A stretch of 64,000 nt of DNA. Source: Candidatus Eiseniibacteriota bacterium. Its GTDB lineage: Bacteria; Eisenbacteria; RBG-16-71-46. The notes below the pieces were generated by a model that was given only the letters and a program-made list of their open reading frames with translations, had not been told where the DNA came from and searched no databases. The stretch is from positions 1 through 64,000 of the forward strand of contig JANMQY010000114.1 in NCBI GenBank assembly GCA_031370785.1, given 5' to 3'. Shown here piece after piece: positions 1-9,229 of the stretch. Numbering within the stretch: the first letter of the stretch is position 1; each line of letters begins with the position of its first letter. The translations under genes were made by a program, and so were the position numbers.

Positions 1-1029
1 CGGCTGGTCGACCATGATTGGCTGGAAGCGCCGCTCGAGCGCGCCGTCCTTCTCGATGTACTTGCGATACTCGTCGAGCGTGGTCGCGCCGATGCACTGG
101 AGCTCGCCACGGGCCAGCGCAGGCTTGAGCATGTTGGAGGCGTCGATCGCGCCCTCGGCGCCGCCTGCACCGACGATGGTGTGCAGCTCGTCGATGAAGA
201 TCACCGTATCCTTGGACTCGCGGATCTCGTTCATCACGGTCTTGAGGCGCTCTTCGAACTGTCCCCGGTACTTGGTGCCGGCCACCACCGCCGCGAGGTC
301 GAGCGTGACGATGCGCTTGTTCTTGAGGCTCTCCGGAACCTGCGCGGTGACGATGCGCTGGGCCAGGCCCTCGGCGATCGCGGTCTTGCCTACCCCGGGC
401 TCTCCGATCAGCACCGGATTGTTCTTCTTGCGACGCGAGAGCACCTGGATGACGCGCTCGATCTCCTTCTCGCGTCCGATCACCGGGTCGAGCTTGCCGT
501 CGCGCGCGAGCTGGGTCAGGTCGCGGCCGAACTGGTTCAGGGCCGGCGTCTCGGGGCGCTCCTCGCGTTCGGCGCTCCCCGATGAAGACGGGGTGCCGCC
601 GAGCAGCTTGAGCGTCTCCTCGCGCACCCGCTTGCGATCCACGCCCAGCTCGAGCAGCACCTTGGCTGCCACGCCCTCGCCTTCGCGGATCAGGCCGAGC
701 AGCAGGTGCTCGGTGCCGACGTAGTGGTGTACGAGCGAGCGCGCCTCTTCGACGGCCAGCTCGAGCACGCGCTTGGCGCGCGGGGTGAACGGAATCTCGC
801 CGATGGTCATGGTGCCGCCCGAGGCGCTCACCATGTTCTCGACTTCCTGCCGGATGCGATCGAGATCGAGTCCGAGGTTGTTGAGAACGGTCGCGGCAAT
901 GCCCTCGCCCTCGCGGATCACCCCGAGCAGCAGGTGTTCGGTGCCGATGTAGTCGTGCTGGAGGCGCGCGGCTTCCTCGCGCGCCAGATAGATCACCTTG
1001 CGGACTCGTTCCGTGAATTTGTCGTGCAT
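1..1029 (-). CDS. clpC: ATP-dependent Clp protease ATP-binding subunit ClpC (N-terminal part; runs off window edge)
   Basis: Manual translation from ATG at 1029: [20 protein letters not shown]...; two Clp-N repeats ([24 protein letters not shown]), [18 protein letters not shown]alker [21 protein letters not shown] Walker B; follows mcsA-mcsB. Confidence 0.97.
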   Translation of the reverse strand, partial: MHDKFTERVRKVIYLAREEAARLQHDYIGTEHLLLGVIREGEGIAATVLNNLGLDLDRIRQEVENMVSASGGTMTIGEIPFTPRAKRVLELAVEEARSLVHHYVGTEHLLLGLIREGEGVAAKVLLELGVDRKRVREETLKLLGGTPSSSGSAEREERPETPALNQFGRDLTQLARDGKLDPVIGREKEIERVIQVLSRRKKNNPVLIGEPGVGKTAIAEGLAQRIVTAQVPESLKNKRIVTLDLAAVVAGTKYRGQFEERLKTVMNEIRESKDTVIFIDELHTIVGAGGAEGAIDASNMLKPALARGELQCIGATTLDEYRKYIEKDGALERRFQPIMVDQP

Positions 1030-1069
1030 GGCAGTGCGGCCGGAGCGGGGATCCGCCCGGCCTTCCCTC

Positions 1070-2182
1070 CTAGGTGGACTGCCCCGGCTCGCGTTCGGCG
1101 GCTTCCAGCCGCTCGCGCACGAGCTGGGCGCGATAGACGTTTCGTTCCGCAGGTGACAGCTCACCACCGTAGAATCGCTGCAGGTGAGCCGGCTGCGTCA
1201 GGATCAGGAGTTCATTGACCACGTGCAGCGGGCACAGTCCCGGGATGGCGAGCGCCACTCCCAGCCGGACCGCGGAGCAGAGATTGATGACTTCTCGGGA
1301 GTGAATGGACCGGCAATAGCGCAGCGTGCCGTAGGCGCGCCACACCTTGTCTTCGATCTGCACCCGGGCGTCGCGCAGCATGCGATCGCGCGCCTGACGC
1401 TCCATGTCGATGATGTGCTTGGTCGCGCGTTCCAGACTTTCTATCGAGTCGCGCTCGCTGCGTCCGAGCGTGGTCTGATTCGAGATCTGAAACAGGTTGC
1501 CCATCACTTCACTGTGCTCACCGTAGAGCCCGCGCACGTTGAGCCCGACCTGCATGACGCTCTTGAGCACGCGCTGGATCTCGTCGAGCAGCACCAGCGC
1601 TGGCAGGTGGATCAGCACCGAGGCGCGCAGCCCGGTGCCGGCATTGGTTGGGCACGAGGTGAGGTAACCGATGTCGTTCGAGAATGCGAAGTCGAGGCCG
1701 CTGTCCAGCTCGTCGTCGCAACGGTCGGCGAGCGCCCAGCCCTCGGCCAGCTGGAAGCCTGGCGTCATGGCCTGCAGGCGCAGATGGTCCTCTTCGTTGA
1801 TCATCAACGACAGGCGTTCGTCGGCCGAGATCATGATGCCGCGCGGCCGGCTCCCATCGCCGAGCTCGTGGCTCACCAGGTGCCGCTCGACCAGGACCTG
1901 GCGCTCGACCGGCGTCATCTCGTTCATGCGCAGCAGCAGCCCCTGATCGAAGGACGGCGCGCGCTGCGCAGCGCCGGAGACGCTCAGCAGGACGCCCTGC
2001 AGCTGCTCTTCGCGGGCGCGATGGGTGAACGGCACGCCGCTCAGATTGCGCGCGAGGCGGATGCGGGTCGACAGCACCATGTCGGCGTGCGGACCCTCGC
2101 CGCTCAGCCAGGGGCTCGGGCGGTTGATGAGCTCGACCAGGTCGCGCGCCGGCGGGCGCTTTTCGTGGTTGGTTTCGGTCAT
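1070..2182 (-). CDS. mcsB: Protein arginine kinase McsB
   Basis: [52 protein letters not shown] guanido-kinase motifs; between mcsA and clpC. Confidence 0.96.
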   Translation of the reverse strand: MTETNHEKRPPARDLVELINRPSPWLSGEGPHADMVLSTRIRLARNLSGVPFTHRAREEQLQGVLLSVSGAAQRAPSFDQGLLLRMNEMTPVERQVLVERHLVSHELGDGSRPRGIMISADERLSLMINEEDHLRLQAMTPGFQLAEGWALADRCDDELDSGLDFAFSNDIGYLTSCPTNAGTGLRASVLIHLPALVLLDEIQRVLKSVMQVGLNVRGLYGEHSEVMGNLFQISNQTTLGRSERDSIESLERATKHIIDMERQARDRMLRDARVQIEDKVWRAYGTLRYCRSIHSREVINLCSAVRLGVALAIPGLCPLHVVNELLILTQPAHLQRFYGGELSPAERNVYRAQLVRERLEAAEREPGQST

Positions 2183-2703
2183 TTGCTCGGCTCTGGCGCC
2201 TTGGGCGCCTCGCTCTCGAGTCGGCGGATCTCATCGCGCACTGCCGCGGCGCGCTCGAACTCCTCACGCTCGACCATGCGCTGCAGCTCGTCGTGAAGGC
2301 GCTGGATCTGGCGCGAGCGAGTCGCTCCCTCGCCGTCGCGCGCCGGCACCTTGCCCTGGTGCCGGGTGTCCCCGTGAATGCGGCGCAGCAACGGCCGCAA
2401 CTGGAACTGGAACGCTCCGTAGCATTCGGCGCACCCGAGCCGGCCGGTCTCCTTGAACTGCGAGTAGAGCAGGCCGCAGCGCGGGCACTGCACGTGCCCG
2501 ACCCGCTCCTCCTCGGTCGTGGTCATGGCGTCCACCATGCCCGCGAGCAGGTCGGCGATGTCGAACTTGTGCTTCTTCGCCGGCGTGTGGAGGCCCTTTT
2601 CCTCGGCGCAGCGCTCGCACACGTGGATCTCCGACATCTTGTTGTCGTGAATCTCGGTGAAGTGCACCGCCGCGTTGGTCTTGCCGCAGATCTGACAGAG
2701 CAT
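2179..2703 (-). CDS. mcsA: McsA activator (CxxC zinc motifs + UVR domain)
   Basis: CQIC, CERC, CPRC, GCAECY motifs; C-terminal EEFERAAAVRDEIR UVR motif. Confidence 0.95.
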   Translation of the reverse strand: MLCQICGKTNAAVHFTEIHDNKMSEIHVCERCAEEKGLHTPAKKHKFDIADLLAGMVDAMTTTEEERVGHVQCPRCGLLYSQFKETGRLGCAECYGAFQFQLRPLLRRIHGDTRHQGKVPARDGEGATRSRQIQRLHDELQRMVEREEFERAAAVRDEIRRLESEAPKAPEPSK

Positions 2704-2723
2704 GAAGTTGGTTCTCTCCGCTT

Positions 2724-3422
2724 CTAAGCGAGCCGCCCGGCGTGCAGCGTCTGCACCCGATGGGCCCGCGAGGCCAAACTATCATTGTGGGTCACGACAA
2801 CCAACGTTTGATGCTGTTCGGCCGCCAGCGACGCCAGCAGTTCATGGAGCGCCTCGGCCGAGCGCTGGTCGAGATTGCCGGAAGGCTCGTCCGCCAGGAT
2901 GAGTTCGGGCTCCGGTGCGAGAGCGCGCGCGACCGCCACGCGCTGTGCCTCTCCGCCCGAGAGCTGCGCCGGGTGATGCTCCCAGCGCTCGGTCAGGCCG
3001 ACCCGCTGGAGCGCCCCTCGCGCCCGTGCGCGAGCCGCTTCGGGCTCGGAGCCGGCGATCAGCAGCGGCATCATCACGTTCTCCTCGGCCGTGAACTCAG
3101 GCAGCAGGTGATGGAACTGGAAGACGAAGCCCAGTCGCCGGGAGCGGAACCGCGAGACCTCGCGCTCGGAGATCCCGTCGAGCCGCCGGCCGCTCAGGTG
3201 AAGCGTGCCAGCGTCTGCCCGGTCGAGTGTCCCGAGGATGTTCAGCAAGGTGCTCTTGCCACTTCCCGAGGCGCCCAAAATAGCGAGAATTGTGCCACGG
3301 GGGACAGTCACGTCGACCCCGAGCAGCACATCCAACTTCCCGCTCGGAGTTGGGTAAGACTTGAAGAGCCCGCGCGCGGCGAGAATCACTTCCTTTTCAT
3401 CAAGCGTCACGTTTGCGGTCAC
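2724..3422 (-). CDS. lolD: Lipoprotein-releasing ABC transporter ATP-binding protein LolD
   Basis: [39 protein letters not shown]; adjacent to lolC/E-type permease. Confidence 0.9.
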   Translation of the reverse strand: MTANVTLDEKEVILAARGLFKSYPTPSGKLDVLLGVDVTVPRGTILAILGASGSGKSTLLNILGTLDRADAGTLHLSGRRLDGISEREVSRFRSRRLGFVFQFHHLLPEFTAEENVMMPLLIAGSEPEAARARARGALQRVGLTERWEHHPAQLSGGEAQRVAVARALAPEPELILADEPSGNLDQRSAEALHELLASLAAEQHQTLVVVTHNDSLASRAHRVQTLHAGRLA

Positions 3423-3448
3423 TTATCGCTCCCACCTCAAGCTTTGCT

Positions 3449-4687
3449 TCATGTCTGACGCCGAATCGCGTCGACCGGATCGAGCCGTGAAGCCTGCCAT
3501 GCCGGATACAGCGCTGCGGCCAGACATAGCCCGAGGGCGGCAAGAATCACGACAATGAAGTCGCCGGTTTCTGGCCTCACCGGCAGCCGTTCGATGAAAT
3601 AGACGTCGCCGGGCAGCCGCACCAGCGGGTAGCGGCGCAGCACTTCGATCAGGGTCGCGCCCAGCGCCGCACCGAGCCCGGTGCCGAGCCCGCCGATCAG
3701 CAGCCCCTCGAACAGGAACACCTTGAGCACGGTGCCGCTGGTCGCGCCGAGCGACTTGAGCACTCCGATGTCGCGGCGCTTCTCGAGCACCACCATGAAC
3801 AGAGTGCTCACGATGTTGAACGCGGCCACCAGGACGATCAGGGTGAGGATCACGAACATCACGGCCTTCTCCAGCTTCATCCAGGTGAACAGGTTCCGGT
3901 TGAGATCGATCCAGTTGTTGGCGCGAAGCCCGGGCGTCGCGAGCGCGGCCAGCATCGAGTCGGCGAGACGCGGCGCCGCGAACATGTCGGCGAGGCGCAC
4001 TTCGATGCCGGTGACCGCACCGCCCATGTTGAAGAAATCCTGCGCGGCCGGGATCGACGTGAATCCGAGACTCGAGTCATACGTGTAGAGCCCCGAACTG
4101 AACAGCCCGACCACCTCGAACGTGCGCAGGCGCGGCGCGAATCCGAGCGCCGAAGCCTGGCCGCCGGCGAGCGAGCCGAGCACCACCTCATCGCCGGTCC
4201 GGGCACCGAGTCGAGCCGCCAGCTCGGAACCCAGCACGATTCCGGCTCGCCCCGAGCGGGTGCGTACTGGAATCGAGTCGAGCGGCGGCGTGATGTGGTC
4301 GGCGACAGTGGTCACCCCGCGCTCGGCACGCAGGTCCACTCCCTTGACCACCAGTCCCTCGGTGATGCCGGCGTGGAACACCATCGCCTTGGTGTAGGTG
4401 AAGGTCGCGACCCCGAGCACTCCGGGCAGCCGCCGGACGCGCGCCGCGAGCTCATCCGCGTTCTGCACCCCGCCGGTGCCCTCGCCGAGCAGCACGACGT
4501 GCGCGTCGGTGCCGGTGATACGGCCCTGGATCTCGCTCTCGAATCCGTTCATCACCGCGAGCACGGTGAGAAGTGCGGTGACGCCGAGCGCGACCCCACC
4601 CACCGAGATACCGGTCAGCAGGGTGATGAATCCGCTCTGCCGCCGCCGGCGCACGTAGCGCGCGGCGATCCACAGCGGGAAATTCAC
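3449..4687 (-). CDS. lolC: Lipoprotein-releasing ABC transporter permease (LolC/E family)
   Basis: GVALGVTALLTVLAVMNGF, LIVLVAAFNIVSTL, YPAWQASRLDP; GTG start overlaps lysS stop (GTGA). Confidence 0.9.
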   Translation of the reverse strand: MNFPLWIAARYVRRRRQSGFITLLTGISVGGVALGVTALLTVLAVMNGFESEIQGRITGTDAHVVLLGEGTGGVQNADELAARVRRLPGVLGVATFTYTKAMVFHAGITEGLVVKGVDLRAERGVTTVADHITPPLDSIPVRTRSGRAGIVLGSELAARLGARTGDEVVLGSLAGGQASALGFAPRLRTFEVVGLFSSGLYTYDSSLGFTSIPAAQDFFNMGGAVTGIEVRLADMFAAPRLADSMLAALATPGLRANNWIDLNRNLFTWMKLEKAVMFVILTLIVLVAAFNIVSTLFMVVLEKRRDIGVLKSLGATSGTVLKVFLFEGLLIGGLGTGLGAALGATLIEVLRRYPLVRLPGDVYFIERLPVRPETGDFIVVILAALGLCLAAALYPAWQASRLDPVDAIRRQT

Positions 4688-6228
4688 CCCGGGGAGCGCT
4701 CCCCGCGGGCGGCGGCCGGCCGATCCTGGCCGGTGGCCTCGGAGATCTCCGGCTCGATCTCCTCGCGCCCTTCCTCGGGACGGAGCTGCGGGAACAGGAT
4801 CACGTCGCGGATCGAGCGCGCATCGGTGATCAGCATGCACAGCCGGTCGATCCCGATCCCGACCCCTCCGGTCGGCGGCATGCCGTACTCGAGGGCACGC
4901 ACGTAGTCGTGATCCATGACCTGCGCCTCCTCATCCCCGGCCGCGCGCAGCTTCATCTGACTCTCGAACGCCGCCGCCTGCGCCTGCGGGTCGTTCTGCT
5001 CGGAGAATGCGTTGGCGATCTCCATCCCGGCGACGAAAACCTCGAACCGTTCGACCACGCCCGGCCGCGTGCGGCTCACCCGCGCGAGCGGAGAGGTTTC
5101 GATCGGGTAGTCCACCACGAAAGACGGCTGGATGAGTGACGGCTGCACCAGCTCGCTGAACAGCGCATCGAGCAGCCCGCCCGCGCTGGTCCCAGGGCGG
5201 GCGTGAACCTCGCGCGCCCTGGAGATGCGTTCGAGTTGCGCGCGATCCAGCGCCGAAACGTCTTCGCCGACCGCCTGGCTCACTGCATCCAGCATCGAGA
5301 CCCGTGGCCATGGCGGCGTGAAGTCGAGAGGCTGTCCCTGGTAGCGGATGCGGTGCGAGCCCGCGCTACGCGTCACCGCCTGGCTGATCAGCGCCTCGGT
5401 CAGCGTCATCATGTCGTGCACGTCGGCGAACGCCTGATAGAACTCGAGCATGGTGAACTCGGGGTTGTGCGAGCGGTCCATGCCCTCGTTGCGGAAGTCG
5501 CGCGAGAACTCGTAGACGCGCTCGATCCCGCCGACGATCAGGCGCTTGAGGTAGAGCTCGTTCGAGATGCGCAGGTACAGCTCCATGTCGAGCGCGTTGT
5601 GCCGGGTGACGAACGGGCGCGCGAACGCACCGCCGTAGAGCGGCTGAAGCACCGGAGTGTCGACCTCGAGGTAGCCGCGCTCATCGAGGAGCGAACGCAT
5701 GCCGGCCACCAGGCGCGCACGTCGGCGGAAGGTCTCGCGCACCTCGAGATTCATGAACAGGTCGGCGTAGCGCTGGCGAAAGCGGGTTTCCGGGTCCTTC
5801 AAGCCATGCCACTTCTCGGGGAGTGGGCGCAAGGACTTCGCGAGCAGCTCGACCTTCTCGACCCGCACCGTGATCTCGCCGGTGCGGGTGCGGAACACCG
5901 GCCCCTCGACTCCCGCCCAGTCGCCGACGTCGAGCAGCTCGTAGCGGCGGAATTCCTCGCCGAGCTGGTCAGCCCTGAAATAGAGCTGGATGTGCCCGCT
6001 CCCATCGAGCAGGTGCGCGAAGCCGGCCTTGCCGTGACCGCGCACGGTCATGATGCGACCCGCAACCCGCACCCGCTCGCCGGGCTGCTCGGTCACCTTC
6101 TCGCCCGTCGCGAGGATGTCCGCCGCGCGGTGCGTCGGCTCGAAGCGGTATGCATACGGCTCGACGCCGATCGACCGCCATTGGGCGAGCTTCTCGCCGC
6201 GCTGGCGCATCAGTTCCTGGAGCGACAT
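4684..6228 (-). CDS. lysS: Lysine--tRNA ligase (class II)
   Basis: OB-fold N-terminus, YGGAFARPF, FRNEGMDRSHNPEFT, YGMPPTGGVGIGIDRL. Confidence 0.98.
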   Translation of the reverse strand: MSLQELMRQRGEKLAQWRSIGVEPYAYRFEPTHRAADILATGEKVTEQPGERVRVAGRIMTVRGHGKAGFAHLLDGSGHIQLYFRADQLGEEFRRYELLDVGDWAGVEGPVFRTRTGEITVRVEKVELLAKSLRPLPEKWHGLKDPETRFRQRYADLFMNLEVRETFRRRARLVAGMRSLLDERGYLEVDTPVLQPLYGGAFARPFVTRHNALDMELYLRISNELYLKRLIVGGIERVYEFSRDFRNEGMDRSHNPEFTMLEFYQAFADVHDMMTLTEALISQAVTRSAGSHRIRYQGQPLDFTPPWPRVSMLDAVSQAVGEDVSALDRAQLERISRAREVHARPGTSAGGLLDALFSELVQPSLIQPSFVVDYPIETSPLARVSRTRPGVVERFEVFVAGMEIANAFSEQNDPQAQAAAFESQMKLRAAGDEEAQVMDHDYVRALEYGMPPTGGVGIGIDRLCMLITDARSIRDVILFPQLRPEEGREEIEPEISEATGQDRPAAARGERSPG

Positions 6229-6288
6229 GCGTCCCCTTGAATGGTGCGTTTCACGTGCGGCGCCCGCATGCGCCGTTCGAATCGAGCG

Positions 6289-6317
6289 AATCTAGGCAGG
6301 GGCCGAACGAGTGTCAA
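6289..6317 (-). promoter_or_regulatory. Sigma70-type promoter for lysS-lolCD-mcsAB-clpC
   Basis: Minus strand TTGACA-17 nt-TAGATT upstream of lysS. Confidence 0.75.
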
Positions 6318-6333
6318 GAATGCGAAGCTCGGA

Positions 6334-6352
6334 CGCGCGAGGCGCTCGCGCG
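6334..6352. terminator. GC hairpin downstream of purF (possible terminator)
   Basis: CGCGCGAG-gcg-CTCGCGCG 8-bp stem; no clear U-tract. Confidence 0.25.
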
Positions 6353-6395
6353 ACCCGGACGCTTCCGGTGCTCGGCCTCGGGGCTGCGGCTGCGC

Positions 6396-7838
6396 TCAGC
6401 GTCCCGCGCTCGCGTCCGCGACCCGGTGCAGGTTCTCGAGCGAGAGCTTTCCGGCGGTGGGATCCACCGGCACCGGGTAATTTCCGGTGAAGCATGCGCG
6501 ACAGAAATTGGTGCCTTCGCGCTCGCACGCCAGCAGGCCTTCCAGCGACAGGTAGCCGAGCGTGTCCACCCCCAGGTAGTCGCGGATCTCCTCGACGCTC
6601 TTGAGCGCGCCGATCAGCTCGCGGCGACTCGGGGTATCGATGCCGTAGAAGCAGGGGTGGGTCACTGGCGGCGAGCCGACGCGGAAGTGCACCTCGCGCG
6701 CGCCGGCACGGCGCAGCAGGCGCACCAGCTTGCGGCTGGTCGTACCGCGTACGATCGAGTCATCGACGACCACCACGCGCTGGCCCTCGAGCACCTCGCG
6801 CACCGGGTTGAACTTCACGCGCACGCTGGAGTCGCGCCCGGCCTGATGCGGCTGAATGAAGGTGCGCCCGACGTAGTGGTTGCGGATCAGCCCGAGCTCG
6901 AACCGGATCAAGGATCGCTCGCTGTAGCCGAGCGCGATCGAATTGCTGGAGTCCGGCACCGAGATCACCACGTCGGCCTCGGTCGGATGCTCTTCCGCCA
7001 GCCGATGGCCGATTCGCCGGCGCACACGGTCCACCCCCTCGCCGAACACGCGGCTGTCCGGGCGCGAGAAGTACACATGCTCGAAGATGCACTGCTGGAG
7101 CGGCAGCGCCGCCGGCAGCGCGCGCCGCATGCGCATGCCCTGCGGATCGATCCGCACCAGCTCGCCGGGCTCGACGTCGCGCACGAAGTCGGCGCCCACC
7201 AGATCCAGCGCGCAGGTTTCGCTCGCGACCACGTAGCCATCCCCGAGCCGTCCGATGCACAGCGGGCGGAACCCGTAGGGGTCGCGAAGCGCGAACACCG
7301 CTTCCGAGGTGAGCACCACCATCGAGTAGGCGCCGCGCACCTGCTTCGCCGCCTCGACCAGCGCGTCCTCGGCTCCCGGTGCGTTCGAGAGCGCCATCAG
7401 GTGGAGGAAGATCTCGGTGTCGAGCGTGGTCTGGAAGATCGACCCGGAGCCTTCGAGCCCCTCGCGCACCTCGCGGGCGTTGACCAGATTCCCGTTGTGC
7501 GCGAGCGCGAGCGCGCCGCCGCGATAGACGACGCGCAGCGGCTGGGTGTTCTCGAGGGTGAGGCTACCGGAAGTCGAGTAGCGGTTGTGCCCGATCGCGA
7601 GCGGCCCCGGGAGGCGCGCGAGGTCAGCCTCGTGGTAGACGTCCGACACGAGCCCCAGGCCCTTGTGGCTGTGGAACTCGCCGCGCTCGTCACACGAGAC
7701 GATCCCGGTCGACTCCTGCCCGCGATGCTGAAGCGCATGCAGCCCGAGGCACACGATCTCGGCGGCGTGCGGAACGCCGATCGCCGCGAACACGCCGCAC
7801 TCTTCACGCCAGGTCTTGTCCGCCGACCAGCCGTTCAT
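6396..7838 (-). CDS. purF: Amidophosphoribosyltransferase
   Basis: Propeptide then CGVF (EECGVF), LQHRGQE, GHNRYSTSG, VVVDDSIVRGTTS, PCFYGID, C-terminal CRAC. Confidence 0.98.
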   Translation of the reverse strand: MNGWSADKTWREECGVFAAIGVPHAAEIVCLGLHALQHRGQESTGIVSCDERGEFHSHKGLGLVSDVYHEADLARLPGPLAIGHNRYSTSGSLTLENTQPLRVVYRGGALALAHNGNLVNAREVREGLEGSGSIFQTTLDTEIFLHLMALSNAPGAEDALVEAAKQVRGAYSMVVLTSEAVFALRDPYGFRPLCIGRLGDGYVVASETCALDLVGADFVRDVEPGELVRIDPQGMRMRRALPAALPLQQCIFEHVYFSRPDSRVFGEGVDRVRRRIGHRLAEEHPTEADVVISVPDSSNSIALGYSERSLIRFELGLIRNHYVGRTFIQPHQAGRDSSVRVKFNPVREVLEGQRVVVVDDSIVRGTTSRKLVRLLRRAGAREVHFRVGSPPVTHPCFYGIDTPSRRELIGALKSVEEIRDYLGVDTLGYLSLEGLLACEREGTNFCRACFTGNYPVPVDPTAGKLSLENLHRVADASAGR

Positions 7839-7850
7839 TCCGTCCCTCCC

Positions 7851-8405
7851 TTAGCGCCCAACCGCAGCGCCCATCCATGGCAGTGGAATCTCGCGATCCG
7901 CGACGCTCGAATCCTGCGAGTGCGGATTACACAGCAGGCCGTGGCGACGATCCCGCAGCATCACCAGGTCGGCGATCGCTGAATCCGCGTCCGCCTCGGC
8001 GTCAAAGCCGAGCAGCCACGCCACTCCCTCGTGCACCTCGATCCTCTCACCGGTCTCGTGCAGCCACCAGCGTTCTGCTGCCGGCCGCCTTTCGCCGCCG
8101 CGCTCGGTGACCAGCACCGCGCGCTCGCCGTGCGCCAGCGGCGGGGCGTCTCCCCCGGCCAGCCGGACCACGCAACGCTCCTTCTGAGGATGATAGAAGC
8201 GCGTGGATCGGTGCAGGAGTTCCTCGAGCTCGGCGAGAGCGGGCAGGGGGCCCGAGAGCTCGAGCAGGCGCATGCGCCGCAATGTGCTCAGGCCCCTGGC
8301 CGCCTCCAGCGTGGCGCGCGCCACCGCGAACGCCGAGATCGCCTCCGGATCGTCCGCGCGGAGCTCGACCCACACCTGCGCCCGTCCGCCTGAGCCGCCC
8401 GCCAT
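7851..8405 (-). CDS. purS: PurS-like protein, apparently a tandem (two-repeat) form
   Basis: Between purQ and purF, start overlaps purQ stop; two degenerate PurS-like repeats ending FYHPQKE and LLCNPHSQ (PurS typically LLANPVIE). Confidence 0.6.
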   Translation of the reverse strand: MAGGSGGRAQVWVELRADDPEAISAFAVARATLEAARGLSTLRRMRLLELSGPLPALAELEELLHRSTRFYHPQKERCVVRLAGGDAPPLAHGERAVLVTERGGERRPAAERWWLHETGERIEVHEGVAWLLGFDAEADADSAIADLVMLRDRRHGLLCNPHSQDSSVADREIPLPWMGAAVGR

Positions 8406-9229
8406 CACGCCTCCGCCAGGTGCCGGGCCAGTCCCGCGAACAGCGCGAGCCCCGGGCCCTCGTCGGTCACGTCCACTCCGGGAGCCGCCGCGGCCTGCGC
8501 GCTGTTCCGACGCGCCGCCCACGGCCCGGCGATCGAGCGGGGCACGCTTCCCAGCTGCTGAGCGCGCTCAGGATGCGGCATGATCGCGAGCACGTTGCCC
8601 TCGGCGTTGCACACCGCCGCCACCGAGGCCTGCGCTCCGTTCGGATTGTCGGGAAAGCTGCGCGCGATTTCCCCGGATGCGGTCGCGTAGCGCAGCGGTG
8701 CCTGACCGGCCTTCGCCAGTGCCGCCAGCTTCCCCGAAGTTCGCGAGGTGAACCGCCCTTCGCCGTGCGCTATCGGCAGCGGCAGCAGCGCGCCGGGCTC
8801 CAGGTGACGGGTGAAGATGCACGAGGACTTTTCGACCCTCGCGTAGATCCATCGCGAGTAGTAGCCCTCGCGCCCGCTCATGCGATTGCGCGCGAGCGCG
8901 AGCTCGACCCGGCCCCTGCCCGGGACGAGTCCGGCCTCGATCAGCACCTGCGCCCCGTTGCAGATTCCGAGCACGGGTTTCATCGACTCCGCGGCTTCCG
9001 CGAGCACGTCGAGCAGGGGACCCTTGGCCGCTAGCGCCCCGGCCCGCACCCGGTCCTGATACGAAAAACCTCCGGGCAGCACGTAGGCGTGAAACGCTCT
9101 CAGCTCCGCGGCCGGTCGCGTCCAGCGGAAGATCTCGGGCTCGAGTCCCACCCGCTCGAGTGCGAGCGCGCTCTCGCTCTCGCAATTGACCCCGGGGAAC
9201 TGCACCACCGCGACGCGCGCCCGGGTCAT
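8405..9229 (-). CDS. purQ: FGAM synthase glutaminase subunit PurQ
   Basis: VVQFPGVNCE, LPGGFSYQD, LGICNGAQ, IAHGEGRF, NPNG, IMPHPER; ATGA overlap with purL. Confidence 0.96.
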   Translation of the reverse strand: MTRARVAVVQFPGVNCESESALALERVGLEPEIFRWTRPAAELRAFHAYVLPGGFSYQDRVRAGALAAKGPLLDVLAEAAESMKPVLGICNGAQVLIEAGLVPGRGRVELALARNRMSGREGYYSRWIYARVEKSSCIFTRHLEPGALLPLPIAHGEGRFTSRTSGKLAALAKAGQAPLRYATASGEIARSFPDNPNGAQASVAAVCNAEGNVLAIMPHPERAQQLGSVPRSIAGPWAARRNSAQAAAAPGVDVTDEGPGLALFAGLARHLAEA

